This document shows, piece after piece, positions 10,494-19,493 of a DNA stretch of 64,000 nucleotides. The notes under the pieces are model-generated. The model made no database searches. It saw only the letters and a list, made by a program, of their open reading frames with translations, and had not been told where the DNA came from. This DNA is from an uncultured Pseudomonadales bacterium. GTDB lineage: Bacteria; Patescibacteriota; Microgenomatia; UBA1400; RBG-16-45-19. Location: positions 58,414 to 122,413 of the forward strand of contig CAYYKL010000002.1 of NCBI GenBank assembly GCA_964441155.1, written 5' to 3'. How positions within the stretch are numbered: the first letter of the stretch is position 1; the number at the start of each line of letters is the position of its first letter. Both the position numbers and the translations under genes were made by a program.

Positions 10494-11027
10494 TTAAACA
10501 ATGCCTTTTAGTTTAAGTAAACCGTATGCGCTAACGGTAGGTCCGTCTTTTATCTCGCCTTTTTCTATCATTTGCTCAAACTCTTTTACCGAAAAACTCT
10601 CTACTTTCATCCCTCTTTCTGTTGCATCCAATTGTCTAGTACCTTGTTTTAAATCAGTCGCTAGAAAAATATCAAATCCTTGATTACAAAATCCGTACGC
10701 TTCAAATAAATGTCCAAGATGTTTAATTGAACTAGCAACTAGGCCTGTCTCTTCCACTAATTCCCTTAATCCTGCTGATTTGGAACTATTCTCATCATCC
10801 GTTATGATGTCTCCTTGGGGGAATTCCCAATAGCATCCTTGGACGGGATAACGATACTGCTGCACTAGATAGAAGTTATTCATTTCATAGGGAATAACTA
10901 AAGCAAAATTTGGCTTCTCAACCACGCCATAGATACCCACCTCACCACCAATAAATTCAACAAGGTCTTCTCTTACTTTCATCCAATTATTGGCGTAAAC
11001 AATCTGAGATGATTTTTGTTTAATCAT
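10494..11027 (-). CDS. NUDIX hydrolase
   Basis: WEFPQG...RELVEETG. Confidence 0.88.
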   Translation of the reverse strand: MIKQKSSQIVYANNWMKVREDLVEFIGGEVGIYGVVEKPNFALVIPYEMNNFYLVQQYRYPVQGCYWEFPQGDIITDDENSSKSAGLRELVEETGLVASSIKHLGHLFEAYGFCNQGFDIFLATDLKQGTRQLDATERGMKVESFSVKEFEQMIEKGEIKDGPTVSAYGLLKLKGIV

Positions 11028-11030
11028 AAT

Positions 11031-12272
11031 TTAACTTTTGAATACCTCACTCACCTTTGCAATGCCTCGGACCAATAAATCAATCTCTTCTTTAGTATTA
11101 TAAAGATAAAAACTGGCGCGGACCGTTGCCGGAGTTTGCAATTTTTCTAGAATAATCTGATTGCAGTGGTGGCCAGAACGAACTGCCACTCCCATTTCTC
11201 GATCTAATATCTGCGCCGTGTCGTGGGCATGCACGCCATTAACATTGAAGGTAAGAATGCCAGCGCGATGGGCTAGATCTCGCGGACCATAGATAGTAAC
11301 TATCCCCTGCTCCTCCAACTGGAGTAATTTTTCCATGCCATACTTGGTGAGTTCTTGCTCGTGTTCCTGAATTTCTATCATGCCAATGTCGCGCAAGTAG
11401 TCACACGCAGCTGCCAAGCCGACAGCATCGGCAACACTGGGCGTACCCGCATCAAATTTATCAGGCAGGTCAGCCCAAGTTGAAGAATTCTTACCAACAT
11501 TCCCAATCATGCCACCACCGACTAAGAACGGTCTCATTTCAACTAATACTTCTCGCTTGACCCACAAACCTCCAACTCCCATGGGACCGAGCATTTTGTG
11601 CCCCGAAAACGCGAGAAAATCCACACCCAAATCTTGCACATGCATGGGCATATGCGGCACACTTTGGGCTGCATCAACCAGAATTTTGGCTTTGGAACCA
11701 AACCGTTTTAAATCTTTACTCAAGTGTTGAATATCAACGATCGTGCCCGTGACGTTGGAAATATGTGTAATGGCAACCAGTTTTGTTTGTTTGCCCACCA
11801 AGTTTTCTAGATAATCCACAACCAAGTCGCCATTATTATCCACAGGTAAATACACCAAATGAGCGCCGGTTGCCTCACAGACTCTTTGCCACGTAACTAA
11901 ATTGGAATGATGTTCCAACTCGGTCACCAAAATTTCATCGTCAGGACCCAAATGGCCCATTGCCCAAGAAAAAGCAACTAAATTAATCGCTTCAGTCGTA
12001 TTGCGGACAAAAATGAGCTCATGAGGGTGCTTGGCGCCAATGAATCGAGACACGTTATCACGCGCATCCTCATATGCTTGCGTGCTTTCATCACTCAACG
12101 TGTGAACACCACGATGCACATTGGCATTGTGTTGGTAGTAATAATCAACAACTGCTTCAATTACCTGCCTAGGCTTTTGACTCGTGGCAGAATTGTCGAG
12201 ATACACAAGCGGCTTGCCATGAACCAATCGATTTAAGATCGGAAAGTCTTTTCTGATAGCATCTATATTCAT
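11031..12272 (-). CDS. sufS: Cysteine desulfurase, group II
   Basis: YLDNSATSQKP, EHHSN, FSGHKM (PLP lysine) and RSGHHC. Confidence 0.96.
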   Translation of the reverse strand: MNIDAIRKDFPILNRLVHGKPLVYLDNSATSQKPRQVIEAVVDYYYQHNANVHRGVHTLSDESTQAYEDARDNVSRFIGAKHPHELIFVRNTTEAINLVAFSWAMGHLGPDDEILVTELEHHSNLVTWQRVCEATGAHLVYLPVDNNGDLVVDYLENLVGKQTKLVAITHISNVTGTIVDIQHLSKDLKRFGSKAKILVDAAQSVPHMPMHVQDLGVDFLAFSGHKMLGPMGVGGLWVKREVLVEMRPFLVGGGMIGNVGKNSSTWADLPDKFDAGTPSVADAVGLAAACDYLRDIGMIEIQEHEQELTKYGMEKLLQLEEQGIVTIYGPRDLAHRAGILTFNVNGVHAHDTAQILDREMGVAVRSGHHCNQIILEKLQTPATVRASFYLYNTKEEIDLLVRGIAKVSEVFKS

Positions 12273-12304
12273 GAGAGCGATTGTAGCAGAATTGAACGCT
12301 TTAG

Positions 12305-13066
12305 TTATTTAAGCTCAAAGCTAACCGTGACTGTTTTGCTTACTTCGCTCGAGCCTGGCATAACTGGTGCTCCCCCGCCGCCACCTTCCATTCTGGCAGA
12401 CATCAAAGGAAATACAGATTGCGCTCCCCCTTCGGCAACTGAGAGAATATCGCCCAACTTTTTCCCAGATCCCACGGCCACTGCCTCAGCTTTTTTGCGC
12501 GCATCTTCGATGGCAGCTTTTAGCAGTTCATCCTCATTTTCGGTCTGGGAGTCAAGCCCATAGTTTGGACCATATACGTTGGTTGCACCAGAATCAGTCA
12601 AAATCTTGTATAAATCATTTGCTTTGTCGGTTTCTTTAAGCTTGATACTAATAGTATTATTCGCTCGCCATTGGCCTGGTCTGTACACCTGAGAGCCTTC
12701 TTCATACACCATTTTTTCTTCTTGGTTTATACTCAAGTTTTGAGTCTTGATGTCTTGTTCTGTGACTCCAAATTCTTTGACAGCCTGAATAAGTGCATCA
12801 GTTTTGGTGTTAACTTCATCTATTGCCGTTTGCTTGTCGTTGGAAACCGCATTCACCCCCGCTGAAAATTCAGCGATTTGGTTGTTTTGCTGCTCGCTGG
12901 CAAAGCCACTCACGGTAACCGTACTTGCTGGCTTAAGGGACACTGAACCCCAATCAATATCTCTCAAGGGCAAGACATACGCCAAGCCAATGAGAACTAC
13001 GGGTAGCAACATTACTGCAAACAAAATATTGAAAGAGTTAGATCGCATGAGCCCTCTTTGGTTCAA
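12305..13066 (-). CDS. SIMPL / DUF541 family protein
   Basis: N-terminal TM; TVTVSG, IKTQNLSI, AIEDARKKAEAVA and PGSSEVSKTVTVSFEL. Confidence 0.85.
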   Translation of the reverse strand: MNQRGLMRSNSFNILFAVMLLPVVLIGLAYVLPLRDIDWGSVSLKPASTVTVSGFASEQQNNQIAEFSAGVNAVSNDKQTAIDEVNTKTDALIQAVKEFGVTEQDIKTQNLSINQEEKMVYEEGSQVYRPGQWRANNTISIKLKETDKANDLYKILTDSGATNVYGPNYGLDSQTENEDELLKAAIEDARKKAEAVAVGSGKKLGDILSVAEGGAQSVFPLMSARMEGGGGGAPVMPGSSEVSKTVTVSFELK

Positions 13067-13590
13067 CCACTAATTACTGATTCTCCTTGAAGCATAGCAC
13101 GAGCACTACTCAAAAAACCATCGGCTATCATTTTTTTTGCATGCAATTCATTCACTCCGCGGCTTTGAACATAAAACAATGATTCTTGATCAATGTTAGC
13201 AACAGTGGCTGCATGGGAACACTTCACATCGTCGGCTTCAATTTCCAAATTTGGTATTGCCTGAGCCTTTGCAGAATTTGAAAGCATGAGTATATTCTCT
13301 GCTAAAAATGAGTTTGTCTGCTGAGCGATTTTTTTGACAATTATCGTGCCATTTATAATGGCCGATGCGCTATCATCCAAAACCACTTTGACAAGTGTTT
13401 GCGCACTCGTGTGAGGTGCATCGTGAATAATCGTTAAGTTAAGATCCAATTGCTCTGATCCCACCAAATGAAAAGCGCCCACAATGAGTGCATGTGAACC
13501 TTCACCTGCAAGCGTGATTGTGTAATTTCCCGATTCGGATATGATAATTTTTCTTTGCTGATTTTGTCTTATTTTCAATGAAGTTTTCAT
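13063..13590 (-). CDS. sufD: Short SufD-family protein
   Basis: PNLEIEADDVKCSHAAT and LFYVQSRG motifs; only 175 aa. Confidence 0.88.
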   Translation of the reverse strand: MKTSLKIRQNQQRKIIISESGNYTITLAGEGSHALIVGAFHLVGSEQLDLNLTIIHDAPHTSAQTLVKVVLDDSASAIINGTIIVKKIAQQTNSFLAENILMLSNSAKAQAIPNLEIEADDVKCSHAATVANIDQESLFYVQSRGVNELHAKKMIADGFLSSARAMLQGESVISG

Positions 13591-14033
13591 ATCCTATTTT
13601 TCTCTTTTTCTTGAATACAATATTTTGTAATTTGTTTCCTTGCGATGATGCGTAATTTATTGTCAGTAAATTTCCACTTTGGTAATTCACTGTTCTTAGT
13701 CCAACTTTGATAAAACAAGCCTATATCAGTCAATACCTCTACAACACTTTGCTCATCTGGTTTTTGGGCTATATCATGATCTAAATGGAAAGTGCTTGTT
13801 AATATATTTTCTAATTCCAAGGCGTCGCCACTCAAAGCAATGTTCTTGCGAATTGCCTTGCAATCAAATAGCAGCAAACTCATGATATTTTCCAGTTCCT
13901 CAAGGGTTATTCTAGCTTCAATGAAGTCAGCTATGGCATACAACAAGCAGTCACGTGCTTGTTCAACTGAAAAAAAATGGAACGATTCTTGAGTAATAAA
14001 TTTAAAACACCAAAGACTTGTTAGCATCGTCAA
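13587..14033 (-). CDS. Hypothetical protein between sufB and sufD
   Basis: 148-aa ORF that fills the gap with 4-nt overlaps on both sides; no recognised motif. Confidence 0.55.
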   Translation of the reverse strand: MTMLTSLWCFKFITQESFHFFSVEQARDCLLYAIADFIEARITLEELENIMSLLLFDCKAIRKNIALSGDALELENILTSTFHLDHDIAQKPDEQSVVEVLTDIGLFYQSWTKNSELPKWKFTDNKLRIIARKQITKYCIQEKEKNRI

Positions 14034-15460
14034 CCTATGCTTCCCTCCATCTCTAAATCAATCAATCGATTCATTTCCACAGCATATTCAATGGGAAGCG
14101 ATTTGACTAACGGCGCCACAAACCCCGACACAATCATTTTGCCTGCCTCTTGCTCACTCATGCCACGTGACATCAGATAGAATAATTGCTCTTCACCAAT
14201 TTTAGAGACACTGGCTTCGTGTTCCAAAGAAACATCTGAAGTAAATATTTTGTTGGTGGGATAGGTGTCGGAGCGAGAATCCTCATCTAATAGCAGCGCA
14301 TCGCAAACCACTTTGCTTTTTGCGCCATGCGCATGTGGACCAATATTAACCATGCCGCGATAACTGGTGCGTCCTCCCTTTTTCGAAATTGATTTGCTAA
14401 TTATGGTGCTCGTCGTGTGCGGGGCTAAATGGATTGCTTTTGAACCGGTATCTTGATGCTGGCCCTCCCCCGCCAAGGCCATCGATAAGGTTTCTCCCCT
14501 GGCACCTTTTCCTGCCAAAATAAACGAAGGATATTTCATGGTTAGCTTAGAGCCCATATTGAAATCAGTCCAAATCATTTCTCCCTCAGCTTCAACTCTG
14601 GCACGCTTCGTGACCAAGTTATACACGGTTTTATACCAATTCTGAACTGTGGTATATTGCACCCGAGCTCCGGGCTTGATCACAATTTCAACAACTGCTG
14701 AATGGAGCGATTGAGATGAATAAGCCGGTGCCGTACAGCCCTCAACGTAGTGCAAACTACTGCCCGCTTCTGCGATAATAAGTGTCCGCTCAAATTGTCC
14801 GGCATTGGGCGCATTAATGCGAAAATACGCTTGCAAGGGCAAGTCAACTTGAACGCCAGCTGGGACATAGACAAACGAACCACCGCTCCAAACTGCTGTA
14901 TTGAGGGCAGAAAATTTATTATCCCCTGCGGGGATGACAGTCCCGAAGTATTCACGAACTAAATCAGGATGTTTTTTAAGCGCTTCATCCATGGACAAAA
15001 AAATAACACCCTTGTCAGAAAGGTAGCTTTTAAGTGAACCATAAACCACTTCACTATCGTATTGTGCTTTTACGCCCGCTAATGCTCCCCGCTCTGCTTG
15101 CGGCACACCAATGCGGTCAAACGTGTCTTTGATTTCCTGGGGCACTTCTTCCCAGGTGCTCACCAACGAATCAGTTGGCTTGAGGTAGTAGTGAATAGCG
15201 TCGTAATTTATTTCGTTTAGGGCTCCACCCCATTGCGGAATTGGTTTCGCTTCAAATAGTTGAAATCCTTCTAAACGTTTCTCAAGCATCCATACTGGTT
15301 CACTTTTGTGATGGGTAATTTCTTGAACTGTTTCTACTGATAGTCCTGGCTTGCTCACGTGCGCATATGAATCGACACCCGTGTTATACCCATGTTCATA
15401 AGATTCTGGCTGAACATCTTGTTTCGTTTTATCGACGTTGATGGGTGCAAAACGGGACAT
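14030..15460 (-). CDS. sufB: Fe-S cluster assembly protein SufB
   Basis: AQYDSEVVY, GQFERTLII, YVEGCTAP, CDALL, HEASVSKI and EYAVEMNRLI. Confidence 0.97.
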   Translation of the reverse strand: MSRFAPINVDKTKQDVQPESYEHGYNTGVDSYAHVSKPGLSVETVQEITHHKSEPVWMLEKRLEGFQLFEAKPIPQWGGALNEINYDAIHYYLKPTDSLVSTWEEVPQEIKDTFDRIGVPQAERGALAGVKAQYDSEVVYGSLKSYLSDKGVIFLSMDEALKKHPDLVREYFGTVIPAGDNKFSALNTAVWSGGSFVYVPAGVQVDLPLQAYFRINAPNAGQFERTLIIAEAGSSLHYVEGCTAPAYSSQSLHSAVVEIVIKPGARVQYTTVQNWYKTVYNLVTKRARVEAEGEMIWTDFNMGSKLTMKYPSFILAGKGARGETLSMALAGEGQHQDTGSKAIHLAPHTTSTIISKSISKKGGRTSYRGMVNIGPHAHGAKSKVVCDALLLDEDSRSDTYPTNKIFTSDVSLEHEASVSKIGEEQLFYLMSRGMSEQEAGKMIVSGFVAPLVKSLPIEYAVEMNRLIDLEMEGSIG

Positions 15461-15462
15461 AT

Positions 15463-15497
15463 AAGTGGTTAGTGGCTAGAGTTTAGCGACTAGTTTT
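15463..15497 (+). repeat. Degenerate 7-nt tandem array (downstream arm)
   Basis: AAGTGGT-TAGTGGC-TAGAGTT-TAGCGAC-TAGTTTT on the plus strand; inverted relative to the arrays at 15854 and 16364. Confidence 0.8.
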
Positions 15498-15848
15498 TGT
15501 TTTTAACTTAACTAACAATACATTAAGCATTTTTAATATTTCTCCCAATTTACTATCAATTTCCAAATGCTTCTTATCTGAGAGATATCCAAGCCTGTTG
15601 GCTATTATAAGCTGGGTTTCAAGCTCAGCAGCTGAACCAAAAGCTATTTGGATAAAATTGATATACTCTTTAGTTGTTCGACGAGCATAGCCTTCAGAAA
15701 TATTTGAGGGAATAGAAATTACAGATCTCCGCATTTGAGAAACTAATACATACAACTCTTCTTTGGGAAACTTTAATGTTTCTTGGTAAATGAGAGTAAC
15801 AAGATCTATGCTTCGTTGCCAAACTATTAGTTCTTTATACGATTTCAT
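15483..15848 (-). CDS. Four-helix-bundle protein (TIGR02436 / 23S rRNA IVP family)
   Basis: YKELIVWQ, FPKEELY.LVSQMRRSVISIPSNISEG and AFGSAAELETQL. Confidence 0.93.
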   Translation of the reverse strand: MKSYKELIVWQRSIDLVTLIYQETLKFPKEELYVLVSQMRRSVISIPSNISEGYARRTTKEYINFIQIAFGSAAELETQLIIANRLGYLSDKKHLEIDSKLGEILKMLNVLLVKLKTKTSR

Positions 15849-15853
15849 GTTTT

Positions 15854-15888
15854 CTCACTATTCGCTATTCGCTAGTCGCTAAACACTG
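15854..15888 (-). repeat. Degenerate 7-nt tandem array (inner upstream arm)
   Basis: Minus strand CAGTGTT-TAGCGAC-TAGCGAA-TAGCGAA-TAGTGAG. Positions 15872-15884 are the exact reverse complement of 15481-15493. Confidence 0.85.
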
Positions 15889-16354
15889 AACCCTTTTGGA
15901 TTATATCCTTAATAAACTCCCCCTTAGCACCGCCGAAATCAAACGAATCTATATGTGTGATATCTGCCCAAATATATTCAGCGTGTTCATTGCTTAAGCC
16001 AACTGCCGGTTGATCATTGAGTATTATTTTCCAACCACAAATTACCGTGTAAATTTGTTTATTGGCGTCAAAGTATGTTGAAAAGTAAGTCAAATTACTT
16101 TGATTAATTAAATCGGTATCAACGTCGATTGAAGTTTCTTCTTTAATTTCTCGAACTACATCGTGAGCATGGAGATTGAATCCTGAATTGGTTGTTTGTG
16201 GCCACTCAGAGTTTCCTCCGGGCAAATCCCAGCAACCAGGGCGCGATGTTGCTTCTTGCGATCGCTTAAGCAATAGAATTCTATCTCCGTTATTGATAAC
16301 GATTTTATGTAATAATTTTACGTTTTCAGTTAATTGATGAGGGATGCGTATCAT
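15872..16354 (-). CDS. NUDIX hydrolase (MutT-like)
   Basis: ILLLKRS, WDLPGG, REIKEET and LSNEHAEYIW. ATG at 16354 has an AGGAG SD; the alternative start is GTG at 16375. Confidence 0.85.
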   Translation of the reverse strand: MIRIPHQLTENVKLLHKIVINNGDRILLLKRSQEATSRPGCWDLPGGNSEWPQTTNSGFNLHAHDVVREIKEETSIDVDTDLINQSNLTYFSTYFDANKQIYTVICGWKIILNDQPAVGLSNEHAEYIWADITHIDSFDFGGAKGEFIKDIIQKGSVFSD

Positions 16355-16363
16355 AATGCTCCT

Positions 16364-16398
16364 TTCACTAATCACTATTGGCTTGCCACTATCCGCTT
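16364..16398 (-). repeat. Degenerate 7-nt tandem array (outer upstream arm)
   Basis: Minus strand AAGCGGA-TAGTGGC-AAGCCAA-TAGTGAT-TAGTGAA; contains the sufC stop codon. Confidence 0.7.
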
Positions 16399-17147
16399 GT
16401 GTTTATCCACTGTTTATATCCTTCTTTCTCTAATTTTTTTACTAGTTCGACATTACCTGATTCAACTATTTTTCCAGCCACCATCACATGCACAAAATCT
16501 GGTTTCAAGTATTTAAGAATCCGCTGATAATGCGTGATCACCAAACACCCCATATTGAATTCTTTTATCGCTTGTTTCACGCCCATTGCGGCAAGCTTAA
16601 TGGAATCAATATCCAGTCCTGAATCAGTTTCATCGAGGATGGAATATTTTGGTTTCAAAACTAGTAATTGCAATATTTCAACTCGCTTTTTTTCTCCGCC
16701 ACTAAAGCCACTATTGATAGAGCGATTAAGCATTTCGGCTGGAAGCCCAAGTTGTTTAGCTAGACCTAGAACATGATCTCTAAATGCAATCAATGATCCC
16801 AATTTTTTGTGGTCAGCAATTGGCCCATGAATACTTTCAAATGAGGTCTTCAAAAATTGCAACACACTTACTCCATCGACCGCGACTGGATATTGAAACG
16901 CCAAAAACAAACCAGCTTTAGCGCGCTCATCTGGAGATGCTTCGGTAAGTTTGTGGCCGTCAAGCGTCACTTCACCGTTTGTTAAGGTGTAGTGCGGATG
17001 CCCTGCCAGCGCATAGGCAAGCGTTGATTTGCCCGAGCCATTAGGACCCATGATTACATGGGTTTCTCCCGGCTGGATAATTAGATTCAAGTTTTTGACA
17101 ATTGCTTTTTCTTCAACTGAAACGTGCACCGATTCGAGTTCAAGCAT
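16389..17147 (-). CDS. sufC: Fe-S cluster assembly ATPase SufC
   Basis: GPNGSGKS, FLAFQYP, FSGGEKKR, LDETDSGLDID and ITHYQRIL. Confidence 0.97.
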   Translation of the reverse strand: MLELESVHVSVEEKAIVKNLNLIIQPGETHVIMGPNGSGKSTLAYALAGHPHYTLTNGEVTLDGHKLTEASPDERAKAGLFLAFQYPVAVDGVSVLQFLKTSFESIHGPIADHKKLGSLIAFRDHVLGLAKQLGLPAEMLNRSINSGFSGGEKKRVEILQLLVLKPKYSILDETDSGLDIDSIKLAAMGVKQAIKEFNMGCLVITHYQRILKYLKPDFVHVMVAGKIVESGNVELVKKLEKEGYKQWINTSG

Positions 17148-17229
17148 ATATGTTTACCCGTTTAATTCAGAGGGAAGTGTACCAAAGCTACTCACGAGAC
17201 ACAAGGAAAGCGCAACTTGAACTTTATAT

Positions 17230-18489
17230 CTAACTTGCCAAAACAATCTCTTCGAGCTCTTTGACCCCACCAAAAGCAATTCTATCAGGCACATTATCTT
17301 TAGTCCCCAGCATTCGAGCCGGTGTTAGCACGTAGTCACCCCATTTTTCATTGATGCTATCGATGGCTTTGGTCAATGATTCTTTTTTAACCGTTTGATT
17401 AAAAATGTCCAATTGGAGTGTTTTTAATTGCTTGAGATTAAAACAAGAAATTGCAATGTTGGCAACACTTTTCCGGTAGGGACAGCGAGAAAACAGTGAA
17501 AAAATATGTCGATAAATATCATTGGTGGCAAATAAAACTTCTTGAGACTTGCTCCCTTTGTGCCAATGCGTGCCATCACGAAACAAAATACTCAAATGGA
17601 CTCCTTGACAAGCATACCCTCGCTTGCGCAAACGTTGTGACGTTTTTTGGGTTAATTTCATAAGCAGTGGAGACAATTCTCTATCTGTGCTCAGCGCTTT
17701 AGGCAGAGAATAGGAATTCCCAAAACTACGACGGCCAAATTCAACATCATCAATTTCCCAACCTTTCAGACGAAGATACCAGTAATACCCCACAATTGAT
17801 GCGAAGGCACCTCTCAATGTTTTTGAGCTCGCAGTATAAAAATCCATAACTGAGTGAATGCCCATTTTTTGCAACCTGATAGCATTGCGCATTTTGATGC
17901 CGCACAAATCAGTTAACTCTAAGCTTTTGTATACCGCTTCGACATTGTGCAGCGCAATCTCGTCCAAGCCATCGGGCTTATGCAGAGAGGCTGCGGTTTT
18001 AGCCAAAAATCGATTGGGCGCTATACCCACCGAAACCGTTAGCCACTCCCCCACTTCTTGTTTAATGCGCGTTTTTATTTCTTGAGCAACCACATGCATG
18101 CCGCGATAAAAAGCGGGATAACCCTCAAGCTTGAGCACAAATTCATCGATTGATTTCGGGGTAATATCGTTGGTGTATGTTTCTAAAATTTTTTTTAGGG
18201 CCAAATGGACACTTCTGTATTTCCATGGATCAGGGGGCAACACCCGTAAAGCCGGGCACAACATACGACCATCTTTCACTCGCATGCCAACCGCCACCCC
18301 CAACCGTTTGGCTTCGATCGAAGGCGCCACAATACACCCAGAAGGTGTTGTATATGCGGCCACCGCCACCGGTTTGCCGCGCAGCAGCGGGTTAGCCTGT
18401 TGCTCAATCGTGGCAAAACAAGAATTAAGATCGAGATGTAAATACGTCGAAGGCTTGGGATTAAACGGCAAGCTAATTGACTTCACCAT
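17230..18489 (-). CDS. dinB: Y-family DNA polymerase (Pol IV)
   Basis: HLDLNSCFATIEQ, SIDE and LAKTAASLHKPDG; catalytic carboxylates intact. Confidence 0.92.
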   Translation of the reverse strand: MVKSISLPFNPKPSTYLHLDLNSCFATIEQQANPLLRGKPVAVAAYTTPSGCIVAPSIEAKRLGVAVGMRVKDGRMLCPALRVLPPDPWKYRSVHLALKKILETYTNDITPKSIDEFVLKLEGYPAFYRGMHVVAQEIKTRIKQEVGEWLTVSVGIAPNRFLAKTAASLHKPDGLDEIALHNVEAVYKSLELTDLCGIKMRNAIRLQKMGIHSVMDFYTASSKTLRGAFASIVGYYWYLRLKGWEIDDVEFGRRSFGNSYSLPKALSTDRELSPLLMKLTQKTSQRLRKRGYACQGVHLSILFRDGTHWHKGSKSQEVLFATNDIYRHIFSLFSRCPYRKSVANIAISCFNLKQLKTLQLDIFNQTVKKESLTKAIDSINEKWGDYVLTPARMLGTKDNVPDRIAFGGVKELEEIVLAS

Positions 18490-18733
18490 CGCTCACCTGT
18501 TCTGCTCGCCAATGAAGCGTTTGTGTATTTAACACTAAGCGGAAAAAAAGTGTTTTTGTCGTCACCGAGAACACATGGATAAGAATTTTTCCTTGATAAA
18601 ATTGGTGGTGATAACCAACGGACACAATCGGATAATCCCTGCCTTCCCAAGATAGTAGCACTGGGCTCACCCGGCGCAAACGGTGATCGAAATGAAGCGT
18701 TACTGAAATGGGAGCGTCGAGTGTTTGAATCAT
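18473..18733 (-). CDS. Small beta-rich protein overlapping the dinB start (DUF6504-like by resemblance)
   Basis: 86 aa, P..LSWEGRDYPI...HVFSVT...FRLV..TQTLHW; overlaps dinB by 17 nt. Confidence 0.7.
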   Translation of the reverse strand: MIQTLDAPISVTLHFDHRLRRVSPVLLSWEGRDYPIVSVGYHHQFYQGKILIHVFSVTTKTLFFRLVLNTQTLHWRAEQVSDGEVN

Positions 18734-18743
18734 CTGTAAAAAA

Positions 18744-18759
18744 CCGAATATAAAGCGAA
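18744..18759 (-). promoter_or_regulatory. Candidate LexA (SOS) box, direct-repeat type
   Basis: Minus strand TTCGC-TTTATA-TTCGG, one mismatch from the TTCGG-N6-TTCGG motif I recall being reported for Patescibacteria LexA; 10 nt upstream of the dinB operon. Confidence 0.7.
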
Positions 18760-18851
18760 TATCAATCGCATCCTATACCCGAAGATATACCAAAGTCAAA
18801 CAGTATTTTCCTGACAAATTGAGAAGTATTTTCTTTTGCTACAATACCTTC

Positions 18852-19493
18852 ATGTGTGGTCGCTATACCTTGGTTGATATAAAAAGTGTGCGTCGACGGT
18901 TTGGTATTGAGGAAGACTCTGCTGAATTTCAAGCATCGCTTAATATTACTCCCGGAACTGATCAACCCGTAGTAATTGAAAAAGATACTAAACGGATAAT
19001 CCAACCAATGCGTTGGGGGCTAGTTCCTCACTGGGCACAAGATGCAAAAATTGGCTATCGCTTGATCAATGCTCGAGCCGAGACGGTGGCCGAAAAACCA
19101 GCATTTCGAAAACCCATCGCCACGAATCGCTGCCTAATTCCAGCCAATGGATTTTATGAATGGCAAAAACAAACTCAAAAAAAGAAACCATATTATTTTA
19201 GCCTTGAAAAAAATGAGCTCATGGCGTTTGCTGGTATTTGGGATATGTGGGAAAATCCAACAGGAGAGCTCCTCTCGACCTATTCTATTCTCACCCGAAG
19301 TGCCGATGCTGTAGTGGCTCCTATTCATGACCGAATGCCGCTTATCCTAAACCAAGATCAGGAATCAGAGTGGCTCAACCCATTGACACCATTTGAGACA
19401 ATTAGACGAGTGTTGGAAAGCAAGAATCAAATACCCCTACGCGCTAGCGAAATAACAGTGCCTTTGCAAACTCTCGCGATAAAATCAAGCTAA
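18852..19493 (+). CDS. SOS response-associated peptidase (SRAP/YedK/HMCES family)
   Basis: Starts MCGRY (catalytic Cys2 fixes the start at 18852); MRWGL, INARAET, GFYEW and IHDRMP. Confidence 0.95.
   Translation: MCGRYTLVDIKSVRRRFGIEEDSAEFQASLNITPGTDQPVVIEKDTKRIIQPMRWGLVPHWAQDAKIGYRLINARAETVAEKPAFRKPIATNRCLIPANGFYEWQKQTQKKKPYYFSLEKNELMAFAGIWDMWENPTGELLSTYSILTRSADAVVAPIHDRMPLILNQDQESEWLNPLTPFETIRRVLESKNQIPLRASEITVPLQTLAIKSS

Noticed and set aside
15463-16398. Heptamer arrays as CRISPR or DGR components
   Set aside because: No repeat-spacer structure, cas genes, reverse transcriptase or TR/VR pair in the window.
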